A DNA stretch of 64,000 bases from positions 2,521 to 66,520 of the forward strand of contig JAQUTA010000001.1 in NCBI GenBank assembly GCA_028709965.1, written 5' to 3'. Made by a program: the position numbers and the translations under genes. Origin of the DNA: Lutispora sp. (GTDB lineage: Bacteria; Bacillota; Clostridia; Lutisporales; Lutisporaceae). Shown piece by piece: positions 9,462-18,904 of this stretch (position 1 is its first letter; every line of letters begins with the position of its first letter). The notes under the pieces are model-generated. The model did not search any database. It was not told where the DNA came from and worked only from the letters and a program-made list of their open reading frames with translations.

Positions 9462-12400
9462 TTATGCTGCTAAATCGAATTCAAAAGGAATCATCATACT
9501 GTTCTTATCTGCTACATCTATTAATCTATGATCCTCTATAGGGCTAATGACGTTTAGTTCCTTTATCTCATTTACGATTACATCCCTTATCGGAATATTG
9601 GTGTCAAAGGTATTCTTACCTTCCTTAAACATTACATACTCATCTCCGCCGGTTGCCTGGAAGTCATTAGTCACCACTTTATAAACCTTATCGTCAACAA
9701 GTGGTGTTCCATCCAACAATGTAATGTCAACTATTCTTTCTCCTCTTGCCTTAGATGAATCATATTTAACCTTTAAGCCTGAAAATTGCCCAGCTCTAAA
9801 GGTTTTCTCATTGTTCAAAATGATACCATGTTCTATGGCTTCCTTAACTTGTTTACCTGTTAAATCAAAGGTAAATAATGTATTATCAAAGGGCAATAGC
9901 TCATACATTAACCCCATTGTAATATCACCTTCAGGAATATCCCTTCTTAATCCACCACCGTTTTGGATTGCGATGTCAGCCTTGGCAGCTTTTCTCATGA
10001 TATCAGTAACAAAGTTTCCTACAGGAGATATTTGAGTTGCTGCTGTATCATGGTTCATAGTTGCTGTAGCTTTTCCCAATAATACATTTTTAATCGGCGA
10101 TAGTTCCTTATCTATGAATTTGAGATATCCCTTTAGTTGAGGATCTTCTGGAGCTTTTATGACATTAGCATCAATGTAAGCTTTGGTTTTGCTAATCTTC
10201 TTATCAGCATCTAAATATAAGTCAATATGGGCAACAGACCTTCCATTATAATATGCCTGCACAACAGGTATATCATTTACTTCGCCTTGAACTGTTTGAT
10301 GAGAATGTCCTGTTATTATTGCATCTACACCTTTTACAGCCTTTGCAAAATCTGCAGCCTCACCGGTGATTTCCTTTGTCTTGCTGTCTTGCATTGCGCC
10401 TAGGTGACTTAATACTACAACTAAATCCGCACCATCTTCTTTAACTTTCGGTACCAATGCATTTACAGTTTCTGCTGGATCTTTAAATATATAAGGCTCT
10501 ACCATCTCAGCTTTTGTCTTTGTTTCTGTTTCAGGAGTTGCTATTCCGATTATGCCTATCTTAATACCGTTTCTTTCTACTATTATATATGGCTTTACAA
10601 AATCAGCGACCTCTCCTGTCTTCTTGTCAATTAAATTTGCTGCCAAGAATGGGAATTTGCTAAATGACTGCCACTTATCTATAGATTTCATGCCCCAATC
10701 AAACTCGTGATTACCCATGGCCATTCCTTCAAAACCGATATAGTTCATAATAGCCTGAACAGGCACACCATACATAAGATTGGAATCTGCTGTTCCTTGA
10801 TACATATCGCCTGCGCTTAGTATTATTGTTCCATCCGGATTTTCGGCTTTTTGTGCTTTGAAATATCCTGCCAATCTTGCTGCTCCTGGATTCTTTCCGC
10901 TTTCAACAATATTGCCGTGAAAATCATTAACGGATAATATACTTATAACTTTTGTATTTGGAACCTTACCTAATTTTGCTAAATCATCAATACTAATAGA
11001 CTTTACATTGGGAGTTCTTCCATCAAAAGATGAAGGTATTTTGATTTCGCCGGATTTTATTTGGTCATAATATTCCTTATATTTTTCTGTTTCGAAGTTG
11101 GTACCTATTATCTTCCAATTATTATCTACAGTTGGAGTAACTACACCCTTCATAACCTCTTGAACATACTTTAAGACTAAGGTTCTCATGGAGTCCTGAA
11201 CACCCTCTTGGTCCTTTGTTGGATAGAATTTATCCTCATCTGTTGCCAATTTAAGAGTTTTCAGGGTTCCAAAGCGATAATCATTCAACGATAATTTATA
11301 TACAGTATCATCATTTATAGGTTGACCCTTATATGTAAGATTAACTATACGGCTGCCTGCGGGCTTGGATATATCGATATCATAGTTGACTCCAGAGAAC
11401 ATATCGTAATTATAAGCTCTTATATCAGAATTAAAGCTTATGGTAAGATCTCCATCTTTATATTGATTGTAATAACCAACCGACCATTCCATATATGCCT
11501 TTAAATTCTTGCCTGTTATTTTTAGTCCTACCAAAGTGTTGTTATCATACTTATATATCTTGGCTGCATCCTGCAACCTAAATGGTCCGGCTTTCACATT
11601 TGCATCTATATCAAATAATGCAGCTGCAGAAATATCAGTTTTTGCATAATACATTTGAACTTCATTTATTAAATCTGTAATGGCATTGTCTTCAAGCTGT
11701 GCCCTAGGCATGGTTGTAATCTTGTCTTCGCCTGTAAAATAATCTACGCCTTTAACAAAATCAGCTGTAACTTTGCCAACTTCTGTTGCCGCTTCTTTTT
11801 TAGATTTTTCATCTACATAAGCAAACTTTTCTAATAGCTCTTTGTCAGTCTCTGTATCAACAACTACATCTAAATTTTTTGTTGTAACTTCTTTTACAAC
11901 CCAATTGCTTCCTTCTTTCACAACACTGACATCAACTTTAGCCAAAGCTGCGCCATTAGTTCCGGCTTCTATTAGCTTTACTCCAGAATTTGATGTTATA
12001 TTATCAAATTTTGCGTGCTTGTGTCCGCAGAATATTGCATTGAACTCCGGTACTGCTTCTGCAATTGGCAATGCGCCATCCGTTGCTCCCTTTTCGGCGG
12101 TATCACCTAAATGGAATGTTCCGATTAGAACATCATATTTGCCTTCTAATTCTTTTACAGCTTTTTTGGCTTCTTCTACAGGATCAGTAAAGGTCATGCC
12201 TTTGAAACGATCAGGATTGCTGGATTCCCAAATAGGAACATGGGGTGCAGTTATGCCTACAACAGCAACTCTTATGCCATCCTTTTCAAATACTTTATAT
12301 GGTTCAAAGACACGAGTTCCATCTTCTTTATATATATTAGCAACCAATACGCTGCCTTTGAAAGCTGCAACATTTCTGTTTAGAAATTCTAGATTAAAGT

Positions 12401-12785
12401 TAAACTCGTGATTGCCGATGGTCCAAGCATCATATCCCATATAGTTAAATGCTTCCACCATAGGATGTACAGGTTGATCATTGAATAAATCAGCTAAATT
12501 TCCTTGAACAGCATCACCACAGTCAATCAGAAGAGTATTTGGATTTGCGGCCTTTTCTTGCTTGACCAAGGTCTGAATTTTTGCGAGACCTGATTTGTCA
12601 TCGGCTTTGCCAGCGGCGTATTCCCATGGATAGATTCTTCCATGTAAATCACTTGTTCCCAGTATGGTAATTGTTTTAGCATTACTATCTTCCGCCAAAA
12701 CAGTAGTCATTGGTAATAGCATCGAAAGAATCATGAGGAGTGTAAGCATAATACTTACATGTTTTAATCCCTTTCTCATTTTCAT
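9462..12785 (-). CDS. Secreted bifunctional 2',3'-cyclic-nucleotide phosphodiesterase/5'-nucleotidase (two metallophosphoesterase modules)
   Basis: Signal peptide; two sets of DxHG, GD, GNHEF and GHxH motifs; 5'-nucleotidase C domains (NGGGLR). Confidence 0.92.
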   Translation of the reverse strand: MKMRKGLKHVSIMLTLLMILSMLLPMTTVLAEDSNAKTITILGTSDLHGRIYPWEYAAGKADDKSGLAKIQTLVKQEKAANPNTLLIDCGDAVQGNLADLFNDQPVHPMVEAFNYMGYDAWTIGNHEFNFNLEFLNRNVAAFKGSVLVANIYKEDGTRVFEPYKVFEKDGIRVAVVGITAPHVPIWESSNPDRFKGMTFTDPVEEAKKAVKELEGKYDVLIGTFHLGDTAEKGATDGALPIAEAVPEFNAIFCGHKHAKFDNITSNSGVKLIEAGTNGAALAKVDVSVVKEGSNWVVKEVTTKNLDVVVDTETDKELLEKFAYVDEKSKKEAATEVGKVTADFVKGVDYFTGEDKITTMPRAQLEDNAITDLINEVQMYYAKTDISAAALFDIDANVKAGPFRLQDAAKIYKYDNNTLVGLKITGKNLKAYMEWSVGYYNQYKDGDLTISFNSDIRAYNYDMFSGVNYDIDISKPAGSRIVNLTYKGQPINDDTVYKLSLNDYRFGTLKTLKLATDEDKFYPTKDQEGVQDSMRTLVLKYVQEVMKGVVTPTVDNNWKIIGTNFETEKYKEYYDQIKSGEIKIPSSFDGRTPNVKSISIDDLAKLGKVPNTKVISILSVNDFHGNIVESGKNPGAARLAGYFKAQKAENPDGTIILSAGDMYQGTADSNLMYGVPVQAIMNYIGFEGMAMGNHEFDWGMKSIDKWQSFSKFPFLAANLIDKKTGEVADFVKPYIIVERNGIKIGIIGIATPETETKTKAEMVEPYIFKDPAETVNALVPKVKEDGADLVVVLSHLGAMQDSKTKEITGEAADFAKAVKGVDAIITGHSHQTVQGEVNDIPVVQAYYNGRSVAHIDLYLDADKKISKTKAYIDANVIKAPEDPQLKGYLKFIDKELSPIKNVLLGKATATMNHDTAATQISPVGNFVTDIMRKAAKADIAIQNGGGLRRDIPEGDITMGLMYELLPFDNTLFTFDLTGKQVKEAIEHGIILNNEKTFRAGQFSGLKVKYDSSKARGERIVDITLLDGTPLVDDKVYKVVTNDFQATGGDEYVMFKEGKNTFDTNIPIRDVIVNEIKELNVISPIEDHRLIDVADKNSMMIPFEFDLAA

Positions 12786-12860
12786 ACCCCCATAACTAAT
12801 ATTTGCAACATGCTATCATTACAAATTTAAGCATGCTAACAAAATTGTATCATAAATAGT

Positions 12861-12900
12861 AATTGTAGACAATTTTAAAGCTTTAGAATTGTCTACAATT
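12861..12900. repeat. 40-bp near-perfect palindrome upstream of the nucleotidase gene
   Basis: AATTGTAGACAATTTTAAAG|CTTTAGAATTGTCTACAATT. Confidence 0.75.
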
Positions 12901-12939
12901 ATTTCATTTTTATATGACGATTTAATATGGTTTTTTGTA

Positions 12940-14094
12940 CTATTTAAACAACCTGTCATATACCCAATGCTTTTTAATATGTACCGCTTTTTTGGGACAA
13001 AGCTCATGGCAGCAAAAACATCTTATGCATTTATCCAAATTTACCACTGGCTTTCCGCTATCCATATTAATTACCTTAGGAGGACAACTTTCTTTACAAA
13101 TTCCGCAAGATATACATATATTTGGATCGAATACCGGTTTAGGTCTTAAATTATTTAATGCCCATTTTTCGATATAGCCGGGTATCCTACCACCAACAAA
13201 ATTTACATCTAGTGACTTGGGCTTTTTAAAAGGCTCAATATCTATTTCAGAAGGCTTCAAACAAGTATACTCTATATCATTGTCATTACAAGATAATAGA
13301 CCTCTATCTTTAGCTTCTCTAATAGTAGGAACTAAGAGAGGCTCTATGCCTATCACTCTCAATGCACTAAAGTCTAGAGCATAAGGATTTTCTGACGCCA
13401 TTATAATGCCAACATGTCTTTTATCTCCCGCAGAAGGTCCATCTCCTTCCATGCCATCAATGCCATCTATAATGGAAAACAGAGGATTTGCATACTCGCA
13501 TATATCCACAAGATGAGCAGCAAAGTTTCCTATATCATTCATCTTGAAATGATAATCAGCTTTTACAATGCCTGGTATTATTCCAAAAAGATTTTTTACT
13601 GCTCCGGTATAGGTCATCATTGCATGAGTCTTGAGCTTGGCAGCAGATACAATAAAATCTGCGTCCTCAGCAATCTTGATGACTTGCATGTTTTTTAGCA
13701 TTCTTCCTTGATCATTATGTATTTCCGACACCGATACGTCATAATTCAAATTGCAATTTGTCTTTCTCGCCACCTCTGCCATACCTGTGGCTTTATATAT
13801 GCCTCTTAGCATCCATTCTGTATAAGGTCCTCCTGGGCTGTCTCCTAAAGTAACAATGCATCCTAAGTTTTGCAGATATCTTACAATAGCCTCTGCCACT
13901 GCAGGATGCGTAGTTACAGCATCTTCCGGGTTATTCTTTTTTAGCAAATTCACCTTTACCAAAGCCTTACTGCCTGGCTTAATTTTATCTTTTAATCCTT
14001 TTAATGTATCAAGAGACTGAAATACTGCCTTCTCCACTTTTTCATATTCATAATCCTGACACTTTACTATGCTTACTTCTATCAAGCTGCGCAC
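12940..14094 (-). CDS. DUF362 domain protein with C-terminal 2x[4Fe-4S] ferredoxin
   Basis: KVNLL, TTHP, KLKTH and GAVKNLFG motifs; CISCGIC..CP and CIRCFCC..CP. Confidence 0.88.
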   Translation of the reverse strand: MRSLIEVSIVKCQDYEYEKVEKAVFQSLDTLKGLKDKIKPGSKALVKVNLLKKNNPEDAVTTHPAVAEAIVRYLQNLGCIVTLGDSPGGPYTEWMLRGIYKATGMAEVARKTNCNLNYDVSVSEIHNDQGRMLKNMQVIKIAEDADFIVSAAKLKTHAMMTYTGAVKNLFGIIPGIVKADYHFKMNDIGNFAAHLVDICEYANPLFSIIDGIDGMEGDGPSAGDKRHVGIIMASENPYALDFSALRVIGIEPLLVPTIREAKDRGLLSCNDNDIEYTCLKPSEIDIEPFKKPKSLDVNFVGGRIPGYIEKWALNNLRPKPVFDPNICISCGICKESCPPKVINMDSGKPVVNLDKCIRCFCCHELCPKKAVHIKKHWVYDRLFK

Positions 14095-14097
14095 CCC

Positions 14098-14934
14098 TTA
14101 TAGAATAAATTTCTCTATTGCTTGAGCGACCCCATCTTCATCATAATTACCTGTTATATAATCTGCTCTCTCTTTTAGGGTATCCACGGCATTACCCATG
14201 GCTATTCCAAGCCCGGCATACTCTATCATGCTTATATCATTCTCATTATCACCTATCGCAATTATTTCCTCTCTATTTATGCCATAGATTTCGGCAAGAA
14301 TTCTAATCGCATTACCCTTGTTTATGCCCTTATTCATGACTTCCAGATTATCCTTCAAAGATTGGCTCACTGATACTTTTTCGGTGCTCATTATCTCGTT
14401 TCTGATGCTTGCAAGCTTTTTCTCATCATCATCAACAACAACAGCCTTTAGTATCTTGCCTCTTTCCTTTTCTACTGTCTTTTCCAGGGATTCTACAACC
14501 CTTACATTTATCCTATCCTCTTTTTTCAAGGTCTGATTCCATTCCTCATATTTCTGGGAAATGTTTATTATTTTCTCCGTATACACAGCATCTTCAGAAT
14601 ACAGATGACAATATAGACCATTTTTTCTGCATAGTTTTATCATTTCCAAGGCAATTTCGTCCAATAGAATACTTTGAAACATCACCTTGTTTGTATAGTC
14701 ATCTTTTATTATAGCCCCATTACTGGCTATAATAGGAGTGTTCATTCCTAGTAATCTTGTATAAAATCTGGCCGAAGAATAAATTCTTCCTGTGGCCGCT
14801 ACTAGATGGACTCCTTTTTTCATTGCATTAGCTAAGGCTTCTTTGTTTCTTGAAGAAACCTCTTTTTGTTTATTTAACAGGGTATAATCCATGTCCATTA
14901 CTACCATTTTATATTTATTTTGCTCTAATGACAT
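14098..14934 (-). CDS. Cof-type HAD-IIB hydrolase
   Basis: DMDYTLL, ATGR, NGA, NKG and GDNENDISM motifs. Confidence 0.93.
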   Translation of the reverse strand: MSLEQNKYKMVVMDMDYTLLNKQKEVSSRNKEALANAMKKGVHLVAATGRIYSSARFYTRLLGMNTPIIASNGAIIKDDYTNKVMFQSILLDEIALEMIKLCRKNGLYCHLYSEDAVYTEKIINISQKYEEWNQTLKKEDRINVRVVESLEKTVEKERGKILKAVVVDDDEKKLASIRNEIMSTEKVSVSQSLKDNLEVMNKGINKGNAIRILAEIYGINREEIIAIGDNENDISMIEYAGLGIAMGNAVDTLKERADYITGNYDEDGVAQAIEKFIL

Positions 14935-15044
14935 TTAAATTCTTCCTCTCCTAGTAGAAATAATCATAATTTTATTCTATTATTACTTTCATAATATTAC
15001 AAGGATAATGCCCTAATATTGCATATTACAATTTAGCTCCAAAT

Positions 15045-15084
15045 AAATAAAAGCCGAAACTATTGTTCAGGCTTTTATTATTTT
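15045..15084. terminator. Terminator after the SLH protein gene
   Basis: AATAAAAGCC..GGCTTTTATT hairpin. Confidence 0.65.
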
Positions 15085-15121
15085 CTCTTTTTTAATTTTT
15101 CAAACGCCTTTCCGGTTAGTC

Positions 15122-16360
15122 TTAATCCCTATTGTCGTTCAACGTTCCTGTTCCTATAATTTTGGTGATGTCTCCATTGAAATATGTATACAAATCGATG
15201 GTGCCATTGTTTATTATGGAGCCTTTCTCGTTGCTGAGGCTTCCTCCATCCTTGATGGAAATATAGCCGTTGTTTGTCAGTGTGCCAAGATTATTAAACG
15301 CTGAGCCTCGTTCAATAAGCAGCTTACCGCCAGCATTCACGGTGAAAGTCCCGTAATTATCGGTGTTGCTCACACCAGAGCTAGCAGTACCATTGCTTTT
15401 CACCGTTATGCTTCCATTGTTTATTATACTGCAGAGACCGCGGTCAAAAGTGCCGTTTATTATTATAGCTCCGTCATTTGTGATGGAACAACCTACCGGA
15501 ATAAATACTTCGCTGACAGTTAGTGTATTCACTTTTGGGATATTTATCATCAGGTCAGTATCCCGCTCAAAGTTGAGCTCGCTCTTAATATTGATATCAG
15601 AATTGATATTTATTACAGTAATCCTCTTATTCTCTACCGCCTGTTTAAGCTCATCAAATGTAGCCACAATGACCTCTCCGTCACCTAAGGATTGTTTTTC
15701 CTCTCCGTTTACAATCAGCTTTGCAGCCCTATAATCCTCAGATGTTAACACGCCAGCAGCCATGAGATTCTCCGATAATGTACGGCTTCCTGTCAAACTT
15801 TCCTCCTTCAGTTTAGCTTCAAGGGCTGCCCATGACACAGACACAACATCAGCACGGAGAAAATTAGAGGTGTCTACTCCGCTTGGAAGTATACCCACAG
15901 ATTTAGCAAGAGCATCCGGTTCGTTCCATGCAAAGTCACCTGTCAAATCGTTGTAGCCCAACGCGCGGAGCATAAAGGTCAAGTACATATCTGAATTTGC
16001 ATCGTCCTTGCCAAATTCAGTAGCGGAGACTCCTTTGGTCAAGCCCTTTTCATAAGCATACCCGACGTACTTGTCTGCCCATGAAGCTACATCGGTAAAA
16101 GGATGTGACCAGTTACCATTTAGGGCTTCTGGTTCATTGCCGAGAACTCGAATAAGCATGATAATTGCTTCGACGCGGCTAGGCGCTCTGTCAAGCTCAA
16201 AGTTGGTATCGGAAACACCTTTAAACAGCTTAAGACGTTTAAGCGCCAATGCTTGTGTCTCTGCCTCTTTAATATTTGCCGCATATGCTGGCGTGAACAT
16301 TGTCAAGCTCATGGTTAGCAGCAAAACTAGGGAAATGATAACTTTTGATTTTTGTTTCAT
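15122..16360 (-). CDS. Secreted S-layer homology (SLH) domain protein with Asn/Gly-rich beta-helix-like C-terminus
   Basis: Signal peptide ending AYA; FTDVASWA..GLTKG and SRVEA/LRAD SLH motifs; repeated (I/L)xNxG units. Confidence 0.8.
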   Translation of the reverse strand: MKQKSKVIISLVLLLTMSLTMFTPAYAANIKEAETQALALKRLKLFKGVSDTNFELDRAPSRVEAIIMLIRVLGNEPEALNGNWSHPFTDVASWADKYVGYAYEKGLTKGVSATEFGKDDANSDMYLTFMLRALGYNDLTGDFAWNEPDALAKSVGILPSGVDTSNFLRADVVSVSWAALEAKLKEESLTGSRTLSENLMAAGVLTSEDYRAAKLIVNGEEKQSLGDGEVIVATFDELKQAVENKRITVININSDINIKSELNFERDTDLMINIPKVNTLTVSEVFIPVGCSITNDGAIIINGTFDRGLCSIINNGSITVKSNGTASSGVSNTDNYGTFTVNAGGKLLIERGSAFNNLGTLTNNGYISIKDGGSLSNEKGSIINNGTIDLYTYFNGDITKIIGTGTLNDNRD

Positions 16361-16435
16361 ATGTGCGTTCTCCTTTCGTGTTTTGAATTACTAGATTGTC
16401 ATAGATAGATAAATTGTAGCAAATAAAAAAAGTCT

Positions 16436-16460
16436 ATAGGTGTGCAGTCTGCACACCTAT
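16436..16460. promoter_or_regulatory. Perfect palindrome overlapping the -35 position of the putative SLH gene promoter (candidate operator)
   Basis: ATAGGTGTGCAG-T-CTGCACACCTAT; TGcTACAAT extended -10 with a 17-nt spacer on the minus strand. Confidence 0.6.
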
Positions 16461-16489
16461 GAGGTTTTTCGAATTATTTTTGTTGAACG

Positions 16490-16608
16490 AGACTTCATTC
16501 AGAGGGGGATTCAACCCCCTCTGAATGTTAGCCGAGTCCATACAAGGTGAATTGCCCCGCAGGGGCAAGAGAAGGTGCCCTGGGGTACGGGGGTCTTAGG
16601 GCGGATTA
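16490..16608. repeat. GC-rich multi-hairpin REP/MITE-like element
   Basis: Hairpins CATTCAGAGGGGG/CCCCCTCTGAATG, TTGCCCC/GGGGCAA and GTGCCC/GGGTAC in an AT-rich intergenic context. Confidence 0.55.
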
Positions 16609-16610
16609 GT

Positions 16611-18221
16611 TTAGTGATAAAGAATTTCAAACTTTGCTTCTCCTGCGATAGCTTGTGCTGCTTCCCGCATATCTTCGCTAACTTCGACAAGTTGCAAGCG
16701 GGGCAAGTCAAGCAGCGAGTTAAGGTCGAGCAGATGGGTTTCTGATAAGTAAATCTGTTTAAGCATCGGATGCGCCCCGACATTATCAAGTGTTTTCAAC
16801 GGCGCTCTCCGAATTATAAGCGTCTGCAGTGAATCCAGTCCGTCAAGAGCGGCCATTGATGTAATCTGCGTATAGCCAACATCAATGTTGGTTAAGCGGG
16901 AACAACCGCTAAGAATTGTCAAATCGGAAACATTGGTATCAAATAAAAACAATGAATTCAATGATACAAGCTGAGATAGCGGAGAAACATCTTGTATTGG
17001 ATTGTGCTTTAACTCTATATATTCCAGCGATACAAGCTGTGATAGCGGCGTAAGGTCACTGATGTTCTGATATGCTAAGTATAGCCTACGAATATTTTTT
17101 AGTTTTGCCACATCGTTCAGGGAGTGGATGCTGCCTCTTAACACCGTTCCATCATTCGCCACGAAGCTATCGGAATAGGTCCTATACATTTCTTCATTTG
17201 CTGCTGCTTTATCGCCAAAAACATATAGTTCGGTAAGGGACAAGAGCTCTTCTTCCATAATTTTCTCATCTTCGTTCTTGGAAAGCGCAAGGCGCACCGC
17301 CTGCTCGATCAACGATTCCTCGAATGTGACGCCGATTGTTTGTTGATCAGATAGATTTCCCCCGGAAACAAAAATAATAAAAATCGTTGTCGCAATCGCC
17401 ACAAACGAACACAAAGAAGCAAACATCCTTCGCCGAACATTGCGCCCTATAAGAGCGTCCTTGACACGGGCAGCGTTCATATAACGTTCTTTCGGCGAAA
17501 AGGCTGTACATTTTTTGACTATGCCTGCAAGCCGCCTATTTTGGATGCCGCCCACTGCTTTTTTGACTTCGACTTCACCGGTCAAAAGCCAGCCGAGCAA
17601 TACACCGAGGGAAAATATATCCGAGCGGCTATCGGTTTGGGAAAAACCATATTGCTCAGGCGCGGCAAAATTCTTTGTACCAAAACAAACGGTGTCCTCC
17701 TGCGCTGTTTCGTCGTATATGCGGGAAATGCCGAAGTCGATGAGCTTGATTTTGCCGTCCTCGTCCACGATAATGTTCTGGGGTTTTATATCCCGATGGA
17801 TTATGGGCGGAGTCTGCCCATGCAAATATGTAAGGATACCGCAAAGCTGCACACCGATGGATATTACTTGCTGCTCAGTAAGAGGCTTATCCTTTGCCAG
17901 CTTATCCAGAGGAGTGCCTTTGGCGTACTCCCGCACCACACAAAGCATCTCATCGTTTTGATGCTCACTGATAAAAGCGGGCAATGCGTCGTGGTACAGT
18001 TTTCTTAACAGTTCGCTTTCGGTAACACGAGATAGAAGCGACGGATCAGTATAGCATTTGGCTATGAAGTATAAGCCTGTTTGCCGATGCTTTACAAGCA
18101 GCGTTTCGCCAGCTGGATTGCTTGACAAACACTCCATGGGCTCATAGGTTTTCAGGAAGTCGCCGGGGAAATAGCTGTCGTCAAAACTGCTCAAGAAATC
18201 ATCCAAAGTTAATTTATCCAT
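16611..18221 (-). CDS. Hanks-type Ser/Thr kinase with a TM helix and C-terminal internalin-like LRRs
   Basis: FIAK, HRDIKPQN, DFG, AAPEQ and SDIFSLG motifs; TM ASLCSFVAIATTIFIIFV; LxxLxLxxNxIxDLxPL repeats. Confidence 0.92.
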   Translation of the reverse strand: MDKLTLDDFLSSFDDSYFPGDFLKTYEPMECLSSNPAGETLLVKHRQTGLYFIAKCYTDPSLLSRVTESELLRKLYHDALPAFISEHQNDEMLCVVREYAKGTPLDKLAKDKPLTEQQVISIGVQLCGILTYLHGQTPPIIHRDIKPQNIIVDEDGKIKLIDFGISRIYDETAQEDTVCFGTKNFAAPEQYGFSQTDSRSDIFSLGVLLGWLLTGEVEVKKAVGGIQNRRLAGIVKKCTAFSPKERYMNAARVKDALIGRNVRRRMFASLCSFVAIATTIFIIFVSGGNLSDQQTIGVTFEESLIEQAVRLALSKNEDEKIMEEELLSLTELYVFGDKAAANEEMYRTYSDSFVANDGTVLRGSIHSLNDVAKLKNIRRLYLAYQNISDLTPLSQLVSLEYIELKHNPIQDVSPLSQLVSLNSLFLFDTNVSDLTILSGCSRLTNIDVGYTQITSMAALDGLDSLQTLIIRRAPLKTLDNVGAHPMLKQIYLSETHLLDLNSLLDLPRLQLVEVSEDMREAAQAIAGEAKFEILYH

Positions 18222-18225
18222 GCTT

Positions 18226-18663
18226 TTAGTCGCCTCCCAACAGGGTAAGCCCGAGATCCTGCAATATACTTTGCGCTTCTACGACATCTATATGATGATT
18301 GATACAGTACAAAATGGCGGCATCCCTCTTAATTCTGGGATAGAGTGGATTCTTCTGTGCCATCCTGAGTAACTTCTGCGTACCGTCTACATCCAGTCCG
18401 AAGCCAAAGGCAAGCTGAATAACCTTATCTCTAGACGGCTTGCGAATGCCGTTGAAAAGCTGATGTCCGTACGTGCGCTCAATAGATGACTGCTTAATAA
18501 CCCGTTCCGGCACCTGATCCATCACTTTGCACAGCTCCGATATGTACTCATGAAATGGGGGCGTCTGTATATCATCCGCGTTTTTTTCCATAAACCCTTC
18601 CAAGTTAGGGGCTTTGAAAAGTCTGCGAAGCAAAGTGCTTGTCCTAACAGTTTTTTTGGCCAT
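18226..18663 (-). CDS. Conserved hypothetical protein, probable XRE-like HTH regulator
   Basis: VIKQSSIERTYGHQLFNGIRKPSRDKVIQLAFG resembles a Cro/C1 HTH; 4 nt upstream of the kinase start. Confidence 0.65.
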   Translation of the reverse strand: MAKKTVRTSTLLRRLFKAPNLEGFMEKNADDIQTPPFHEYISELCKVMDQVPERVIKQSSIERTYGHQLFNGIRKPSRDKVIQLAFGFGLDVDGTQKLLRMAQKNPLYPRIKRDAAILYCINHHIDVVEAQSILQDLGLTLLGGD

Positions 18664-18800
18664 GTCCTTTTCCTCTTTCCACTTCGTGCCTTAAGTAAGT
18701 CCTAAGTTGCCATTCTGCTGGTAATGACCCATTTGATCCTCCGAATATTTATACTAATATCATATTTCAAGTTTTAAAAACAATCAAGCTCAAATAAGAT

Positions 18801-18856
18801 AAAAAAGGCAACTACGATTTGGCTATTTTTGCTCTAAAAATCGTAGTCGCCTTTTG
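18801..18856 (-). terminator. Hairpin downstream of tRNA-Leu
   Basis: AAAAGGCAACTACGATTT...AAATCGTAGTCGCCTTTT. Confidence 0.65.
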
Positions 18857-18904
18857 GATTCCATTTTATACTTAATGTGGCTTAAACTCATTAAAATCAA
18901 CATA

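Noticed and set aside
16511-16789. 92-aa Cys-containing ORF
   Set aside because: Alternate frame of the kinase 3' end running into the hairpin element; no RBS
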